A stretch of 64,000 bases of DNA from Candidatus Delongbacteria bacterium (GTDB taxonomy: Bacteria; UBA4055): the NCBI GenBank assembly GCA_036721445.1, contig DAIMKZ010000001.1, positions 1,175 through 65,174 of the forward strand, read 5' to 3'. The notes below the pieces were generated by a model, which worked only from the letters and a program-made list of their open reading frames with translations, ran no database searches and was not told the origin of the DNA. Every line of letters starts with the position of its first letter. Position 1 is the stretch's first letter. The translations under genes and the position numbers were made by a program. Below, one piece after another: positions 59,240 to 64,000 of the stretch.

Positions 59240-59306
59240 AACATTTATCATATCATCAAAGTCCTTTTCATTGTTATATTGCATTTAAGGAAAAAGGACG
59301 GACAAA

Positions 59307-59546
59307 TTGAAAAAGCACATTAATATAGATATAAAGGGAATGCACTGCGCCAGCTGCTCATCGCTTGTTACCCTGTCGCTGAAGAACCGAAAGGGTATCG
59401 AGGATGTTTCAGTGAATCTTCTTATGAACAGTGCCGCTTTGATTATAGATGACCGGGAAATCGGTGTTCCTGACATTATTGAAATAATAAACGATCTGGG
59501 TTACAAGGCTTCTTTGGCAGAGGAAGGCGTAAAAAAAAAGCCCTGA
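59307..59546 (+). CDS. copZ: heavy-metal-associated (HMA) domain ORF; probably the N-terminal metal-binding domain of CopA separated from the ATPase body by a frameshift
   Basis: 'GMHCASC' MxCxxC motif. TTG start. Stop TGA at 59544 lies immediately after the A9 run 59531-59539. Confidence 0.6.
   Translation: MKKHINIDIKGMHCASCSSLVTLSLKNRKGIEDVSVNLLMNSAALIIDDREIGVPDIIEIINDLGYKASLAEEGVKKKP
59531..59539 (+). other. A9 homopolymer at the junction of the HMA ORF and the CopA core reading frame (candidate slippage / frameshift site)
   Basis: Nine consecutive A's. Deleting one A fuses the two reading frames. Confidence 0.6.
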
Positions 59547-59620
59547 ATGATGAAAGTTTAAAGTTCAGAAAGCTGTTTTTTCTCTCCCTAATATTCGCCT
59601 TCCCTGCCTTTATTCTGGGG

Positions 59621-61468
59621 ATGTTTTTTATGGAACATCCCCTTTTTTATTATCAGAATTACATACTCTGGTTCCTGGCCACTCCCGTCCAGTTCTATGC
59701 CGCGAAAGATATGTATATAAGCGCTTTTAAAGCTTTAAAGAACCGGAGTGCGAATATGGACTCTCTTGTAGTCCTAGGTACAAGTTCAGCATATTTTTAC
59801 AGCGTTTTTCTGGTTCTTTCACACGATCATCATAACTATTTCGAGGCCAGTGCCGTTCTGATCACGGTCGTCATACTCGGAAGATACCTTGAGGCAGTCG
59901 CTAAAAGAAAGACCGGTCAGGCAATAGAAAGTCTGATGAAGCTCTCCCCTTCCAATGCAACGGTGATCCGTGACGGCAATGAAATACTTATAAGCATCGA
60001 TGATATCAAGATCGGAGATATTGTGATCGTAAGACCGGGAGAAAAGATACCTGTTGACGGAACTGTCACCGAAGGAAGTTCAAAAGTTGATGAAAGCATG
60101 ATAACGGGAGAATCGGTCCCGGTTTCAAAAAAAGAAGGTACAAAAGTCATTGGAGCCACAGTTAATCAGTTCGGAGTTTTTAAGTTCCGTGCAGAAAAGA
60201 TCGGATCTGATACTGTTCTTTCCAGAATTATTAAGCTTGTCGAAGATGCACAGAGTAAAAAGGCTCAGATCCAGAGGTACGCAGACCTTATATCCTCGTA
60301 TTTTGTTCCGGCCGTACTTGGAATTGCATTTCTTACATTCGTCATCTGGCTTACGCTGGGGTATGAATTCAATTTCGCGATAATGACGGCCGTCTCTGTC
60401 CTTGTCGTCTCTTGCCCGTGCGCTCTCGGACTTGCTACACCCACTGCCATCATGGTAGGATCCGGGATCGGAGCAAAATACGGTATTCTCTTCAAGGGCG
60501 GAGATTCTCTTGAAACTGCGCACAGGCTGAAGAACATCGTTTTTGATAAAACAGGCACCCTTACGATAGGCCGACCGGTCGTAACGGATATGATCGATGT
60601 TGAAGATAACAAGAACATGATACTCCTTGCAGCCTCTATGGAAAAACAAAGCGAACACAGTCTTGCAAAAGCAATACTTGAAAAAACCAGCGGAGAGATA
60701 CTTTACGCTGCAAAAGATGTTCAGGCGGTATCAGGTCACGGAATTACGGGTGTGATCGAAGGCACTCCGTATTTTCTTGGAAATGAGGCGTTAATGCAGA
60801 AAAACGGAATTGATATAAGCACGCAAGTGGAAACGATAAAAAAGCTCGAAAAAGAAGGAAAGACCGTAGTAATTTTAGCTTCAAAGGACGGAGTTCAAGG
60901 CATCATCGGAATCGCGGATGATGTCAAGGAAACCGCAGCTGAGGCCGTTGCAGATCTGAAAAAGGCGGGGCACAAGATATTCATGATAACAGGTGATAAC
61001 GAAACTGCCGCTCAGAATATAGGAAAAATACTCGGGATCGATCAGGTCTATGCCCGGACTCTGCCGGAAAATAAATCTGAAATAGTCAAAAAGATAAAAG
61101 AAACAGGCCCGACAGCTATGATCGGCGACGGCATTAATGATTCTCCCGCACTTGCCGAAGCAGATATAGGTATCGCGATGGGATCAGGAACAGATGTAGC
61201 GATTGAGACCGGTAATATAGTTCTTATGCGTAACGACCTTGAAGATATTTCAAAAGCTATCAGACTCAGCAGACTCACGATGAACAGGATCAGACTCAAC
61301 ATGTTCTGGGCCCTGTTTTATAATGTATTGGGTATACCGGTCGCCGCGGGAGTATTCTATGCCTGGACAGGCTGGCTCTTAAGCCCGATGATAGCCGGAA
61401 CAGCAATGGCGCTAAGTTCAGTCAGCGTCGTTACCAGTTCGCTTTTGCTCAGGTATAAAAAACTGTGA
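59621..61468 (+). CDS. copA: copper-translocating P1B-type ATPase core (CopA); frame is open upstream to 59522 without a start codon
   Basis: '[10 protein letters not shown]', 'DKTGTLT', '[10 protein letters not shown]', actuator motif 'TGES' and 8 TMs. The frame-2 translation upstream of the first ATG reads '[33 protein letters not shown]', a typical CopA linker plus the first TM helix (TM-A). Confidence 0.8.
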   Translation: MFFMEHPLFYYQNYILWFLATPVQFYAAKDMYISAFKALKNRSANMDSLVVLGTSSAYFYSVFLVLSHDHHNYFEASAVLITVVILGRYLEAVAKRKTGQAIESLMKLSPSNATVIRDGNEILISIDDIKIGDIVIVRPGEKIPVDGTVTEGSSKVDESMITGESVPVSKKEGTKVIGATVNQFGVFKFRAEKIGSDTVLSRIIKLVEDAQSKKAQIQRYADLISSYFVPAVLGIAFLTFVIWLTLGYEFNFAIMTAVSVLVVSCPCALGLATPTAIMVGSGIGAKYGILFKGGDSLETAHRLKNIVFDKTGTLTIGRPVVTDMIDVEDNKNMILLAASMEKQSEHSLAKAILEKTSGEILYAAKDVQAVSGHGITGVIEGTPYFLGNEALMQKNGIDISTQVETIKKLEKEGKTVVILASKDGVQGIIGIADDVKETAAEAVADLKKAGHKIFMITGDNETAAQNIGKILGIDQVYARTLPENKSEIVKKIKETGPTAMIGDGINDSPALAEADIGIAMGSGTDVAIETGNIVLMRNDLEDISKAIRLSRLTMNRIRLNMFWALFYNVLGIPVAAGVFYAWTGWLLSPMIAGTAMALSSVSVVTSSLLLRYKKL

Positions 61469-61474
61469 TCTGAT

Positions 61475-61783
61475 CTACTTTCTCATCCTGCAGCCTGTAG
61501 AACCTCCCCCTCCGCCGAAAGTCGCGGCAACACCCAGCAGAAATCCAAAGTTATACCAGGTTCCGTTGTTGTGAACTTCATATATTCCGATATTATCATT
61601 GAACAGTGAAATTACAAATGTGATCGGAGAGATCGTCCCGTGCCAAATCCCGTACCAGAAACCGGCAGGTTCTTTCGTGAATTCAGTAAAAGTGATCGCA
61701 TTATTCGGTCCAGCCGTGCAGCCTGCGATTACAAGAAGTGCAATTACGCATGAAACAACTAATACTTTTTTTTTATTTTTTAT
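61475..61783 (-). CDS. putative small lipoprotein with Gly5 C-terminal tail; no canonical start codon
   Basis: Minus-strand frame is open for about 102 codons: '(I)KNKKKVLVVSCVIALLVIAGC|TAGPNN...WYNFGFLLGVAATFGGGGGSTGCRMRK*'. Lipobox 'IAGC'. AAGAGGA sits about 5 nt upstream of an ATA codon at 61783-61781. Missed by the ORF track because no ATG/GTG/TTG is in frame. Confidence 0.35.
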   Translation of the reverse strand: MKNKKKVLVVSCVIALLVIAGCTAGPNNAITFTEFTKEPAGFWYGIWHGTISPITFVISLFNDNIGIYEVHNNGTWYNFGFLLGVAATFGGGGGSTGCRMRK

Positions 61784-61792
61784 CCTCTTTTT

Positions 61793-62116
61793 TTATCTCT
61801 TGTTCTTTTTCGGTTTAGGCAGCGGAAGTTCTTTCTCTGTAACTTTGACAAGCTCGGAAAGCCAGTCGGGGTCATCGAGATTGTCTATTAGAAAATAATT
61901 CTTTGCGCCTGTGTAAGGCGGAGCTTCTTCGGGTTCGCCTATGTATTTTCTGCCTGCTTCAGTAGGCTTGATAAAAAGCTGGTTGTCAGCCAGAATTGCA
62001 GTCATTTTCCCGTTGAGAAATATTCCGTACTCACCGAACATTTTCTTTGCTGTCACTTCGCCTGCGCCTTCAAGCTGCTCGAGTATATAATCCGCGAAAT
62101 CTTTGTCTGTAGCCAT
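61793..62116 (-). CDS. TfoX N-terminal domain-containing protein
   Basis: 'KKMFGEYGIFLNGKMTAILADNQLFIK' resembles the TfoX_N family. Confidence 0.55.
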   Translation of the reverse strand: MATDKDFADYILEQLEGAGEVTAKKMFGEYGIFLNGKMTAILADNQLFIKPTEAGRKYIGEPEEAPPYTGAKNYFLIDNLDDPDWLSELVKVTEKELPLPKPKKNKR

Positions 62117-62135
62117 AACTCCCCCGCTGATCTGA

Positions 62136-64000
62136 TTATTGAAAGTCCATTAAAGATTCATCTATTCCTTTTCTGATCTCGAACCAGAAGTTTAAGGCAG
62201 CCTCATGCTTATCGTTATCGAACTGCTCAATCCAGTATTTCAGATCTTCCCTGCTCTCGCCGTCAACATCCCGCTTCCTTTTGAGGAAAGCGTGAATAAA
62301 ATCAATATTTCTTTCCGATTCGAGAAATACTGTTGCGTTGCGGGAATTTATCCTGCTTGCTGTGAATGAAACGGCCGAATTGAATTTTTCCTTCATTCCG
62401 TATATATATCCGATTATCTCAGGCATCATTTCCTCTGCCCATGCTCTGTGGAACCTGCATATTCCCATGTTGTCGAGGACGAGTTCCTGTTTCAGTCTTT
62501 CGGCACAGAATCTTCCCAGATCTCTCGGAGGTACAAAATCGTTCCCGTAATACATGTAGTATTTGCCCATGATAGCCATCGGTGCAAGAACTCCGGGTGT
62601 CCAGTACTGGTTCGGCGCCATCCAGCCTCTTCTTCCGTTTGATATAAAAACAAAGCTGTTAATGATCTTTTTGCCTGTCATTTTGTGTATCTTTCTTGCC
62701 CATTTTCTCACTCCTTCCGACAGATCAATATCGCCTTTCCCTTCAAGTATCGAATCAATAAGCTCAATCCCGAGTTCAGCGTTGTGCATCGAATCTTTTA
62801 CTACATCGAATTTTTCGATCGAGAATTTTGGAAGTTTTGATACGCCGAGCTGATCTTTTGAGAGTATTCCTTCATTTAACAGTTCCATGAACCACGAAAG
62901 AACGCACCCGCAGTTTATAGCGTCGAGCCCAATTGTGTCGCAGTAGTGATTAAGCATTTCCGCAGCTCTCTGGTCGAATATCCCGCACTGAGGTCCCAGG
63001 GTCTGATAAGGTTCATAATCTTTCTTATATTCCCCGTTCATTTTTTTGCACACAGCCGCGCACGGTTCCCCGCATGTGGACTGCTGTTTTTTCTCGATCG
63101 TCTCCTCGTTGAACTGCTTCAGATAGTGTGAGGAAATGTATTTCTCATTCAGATCGAGCCTTTCAACTTCGGTCATGTATATCGATTTATAATTGAAAGC
63201 TATTATTCTGCCTTTGAGAGTAGCATAATTCACTCCAAAAGTTCCGCCCGTGCCGAATTTGGGATCGAAACGGTATTTCGTGGTGCTTTCAAAATCCTTT
63301 GCCGCAAGCTTCTGCTCATACTTCTGCCTGAACCATTCGTCAGCAACATTCCTGTCCCTGAAATCCTCATCAACTTTAGTTCCGCCGTAAATTATCGAGG
63401 CTATACCGTGATCCTGATACAATTTGGAACCGAATCCTCCCCTGCCTGCCCATGTATCAACATAAGTCAGCTTACCTTTGACAATCGGGACTGAACAAAT
63501 GCCTCCGAAATCGGTCTGCTTCGAACCCGGTCCTGTGGCAAGTATTCTCGGATCTTTCTCGTATCTTGAGCCGAACTGTTTATAAGTATGGTCCATGAGA
63601 GAATATATCCCTTTTCTGCCGCTTTTCCAGACGCTTTCTATATCTGCCGGCACGATCTCAACTTCGATCTCATCTCCGTGATTCCTGTTCAGGTAGAGTA
63701 TTGATTTTGAAGCGGCTTTTCCCACAATACTGACCATATTGATCCCGAGATTGTCAAAGACCAGCCCTGCCCCGCCCATTGAAGATATGTAAAAACCTCT
63801 CCAGCACGGAGAATATCCTGTAAAAATAAGCCTGTTCGATCCTGGAAAAATTGAGCCTGCAAAGAGTCCCGTACCGATGTTGAGCGACCTGTAATTATCA
63901 GACATGTGTATCCCGAGATCGACCGGACCGAAATAATCTCCGACCTTGTAACGCCTGACTTTGTAAAACCCGTTCGAGGCGTCAACGAGTAAAACTTTTA
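62136..64000 (-). CDS. aldehyde:ferredoxin oxidoreductase family (tungsten/molybdopterin), N-terminus truncated by window edge
   Basis: The frame remains open upstream of the ORF-track ATG to the window end ('KVLLVDASNGFYKVRRYKVGDYFGPVDLGI-MSDNYRSL...'), matching the AOR N-terminal 'ILRVDL..G' region. 'CGEPCAAVC' Fe-S Cys cluster and 'CDTIGLDAINCG' motifs. Confidence 0.7.
   Translation of the reverse strand, partial: KVLLVDASNGFYKVRRYKVGDYFGPVDLGIHMSDNYRSLNIGTGLFAGSIFPGSNRLIFTGYSPCWRGFYISSMGGAGLVFDNLGINMVSIVGKAASKSILYLNRNHGDEIEVEIVPADIESVWKSGRKGIYSLMDHTYKQFGSRYEKDPRILATGPGSKQTDFGGICSVPIVKGKLTYVDTWAGRGGFGSKLYQDHGIASIIYGGTKVDEDFRDRNVADEWFRQKYEQKLAAKDFESTTKYRFDPKFGTGGTFGVNYATLKGRIIAFNYKSIYMTEVERLDLNEKYISSHYLKQFNEETIEKKQQSTCGEPCAAVCKKMNGEYKKDYEPYQTLGPQCGIFDQRAAEMLNHYCDTIGLDAINCGCVLSWFMELLNEGILSKDQLGVSKLPKFSIEKFDVVKDSMHNAELGIELIDSILEGKGDIDLSEGVRKWARKIHKMTGKKIINSFVFISNGRRGWMAPNQYWTPGVLAPMAIMGKYYMYYGNDFVPPRDLGRFCAERLKQELVLDNMGICRFHRAWAEEMMPEIIGYIYGMKEKFNSAVSFTASRINSRNATVFLESERNIDFIHAFLKRKRDVDGESREDLKYWIEQFDNDKHEAALNFWFEIRKGIDESLMDFQ

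Noticed and set aside
59261-59299. 8-bp inverted repeat (GTCCTTTT...AAAAGGAC) with a 23-nt loop between ruvA and copZ, as a terminator or metal-regulator operator.
   Set aside because: The loop is too long for an intrinsic terminator and no U-tract follows. It does not match CopY (TACAnnTGTA) or CueR-type dyads. The second arm probably just contributes the AAGGA ribosome-binding site.
61599-61898. Plus-strand 99-aa ORF downstream of copA.
   Set aside because: It overlaps both the minus-strand lipoprotein-like ORF and the TfoX_N gene. It is low-complexity (FLFFILFFYLLFFF) from T-runs and has no start context.

Overview
This is a gene-dense, moderately AT-rich bacterial window with about 60 genes and almost no intergenic space. 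The first base starts a GAATTC site, which could mean a cloned metagenomic fragment. I see no rRNA or tRNA genes, no CRISPR array, and no integrase, transposase or restriction-modification genes. It reads as core chromosome dominated by cell-envelope and central metabolism, not a mobile island.

The largest protein (1172 aa) ends in a 'YQNYPNPFNPVTKIEY...' type IX secretion (T9SS) C-terminal sorting domain. Together with an aldehyde:ferredoxin oxidoreductase, a biotin-less oxaloacetate-decarboxylase-type carboxyltransferase and the overall gene style, this suggests an anaerobic diderm of the Fibrobacteres/Cloacimonadota/Bacteroidota-like group. That placement is inference only.

Recognisable content, in order along the window:
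- 1-7800: an L-asparaginase 3' fragment cut by the window edge, a VanZ-like protein, a DUF2723/TMEM260-like GT-C glycosyltransferase with a TPR tail plus a UPF0104 flippase-like protein, an orphan PilT-like ATPase with a duplicated N-domain plus a small unknown protein, and an M20 amidohydrolase.
- 7800-15200: an outer-membrane beta-barrel, a LolA-like protein, an MMPL/RND exporter, a ClC channel and a HAD hydrolase, all on one strand.
- 15200-18600: a HAD-IIB-like protein, a BadF-type sugar kinase, a PTS EIIA(Ntr) fusion and rdgB.
- 18500-26700: the carboxyltransferase, the T9SS cargo protein, and pabA-pabB-pabC.
- 26700-37700: a long minus-strand operon carrying split hldE (heptose kinase and adenylyltransferase as separate genes), a HAD-IB phosphatase, a CDP-alcohol phosphatidyltransferase with a large extra-membrane domain, an AMP-ligase, a GT4 and a TPR protein.
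- 37600-44100: a SAM methyltransferase, inositol monophosphatase, a TPR protein, a long class-V aminotransferase and a long U32-family enzyme.
- 44100-53000: a DegT-type sugar aminotransferase, a GT2 polyprenol-phosphate glycosyltransferase, a UDP-GlcNAc 2-epimerase-like gene, an ABC-2 exporter, birA, pcm, a DUF368 undecaprenyl-phosphate translocase and argD-like.
- 53000-64000: a Spy/CpxP-like periplasmic protein, a GT9 heptosyltransferase, a cold-shock protein, an MltC-like lytic transglycosylase, greA-yebC-ruvC-ruvA, a copZ/copA locus and an AOR gene running off the 3' edge.

The findings most worth a second look:
- The copA locus is split by a frameshift exactly at an A9 homopolymer. One reading frame gives a CopZ-like HMA-domain chaperone ORF; removing a single A restores a full-length ~720 aa copper pump.
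- A roughly 100-codon lipoprotein ORF with a Gly5 tail lies immediately downstream of copA on the opposite strand. It has no ATG/GTG/TTG start, so the ORF track missed it.
- The split-hldE operon (30438-36830, with the flanking genes out to 28660-37615) pairs an ADP-heptose module with a CDP-alcohol phosphatidyltransferase and an AMP-ligase, which looks like an uncharacterised envelope glycolipid or head-group pathway.
- The PilT-like ATPase has a degenerate extra N-domain and sits with a small unknown protein and an M20 hydrolase, with no other pilus or type II secretion genes in the window.
- Arn-like polyprenol-phosphate amino-sugar genes are spread across the window.
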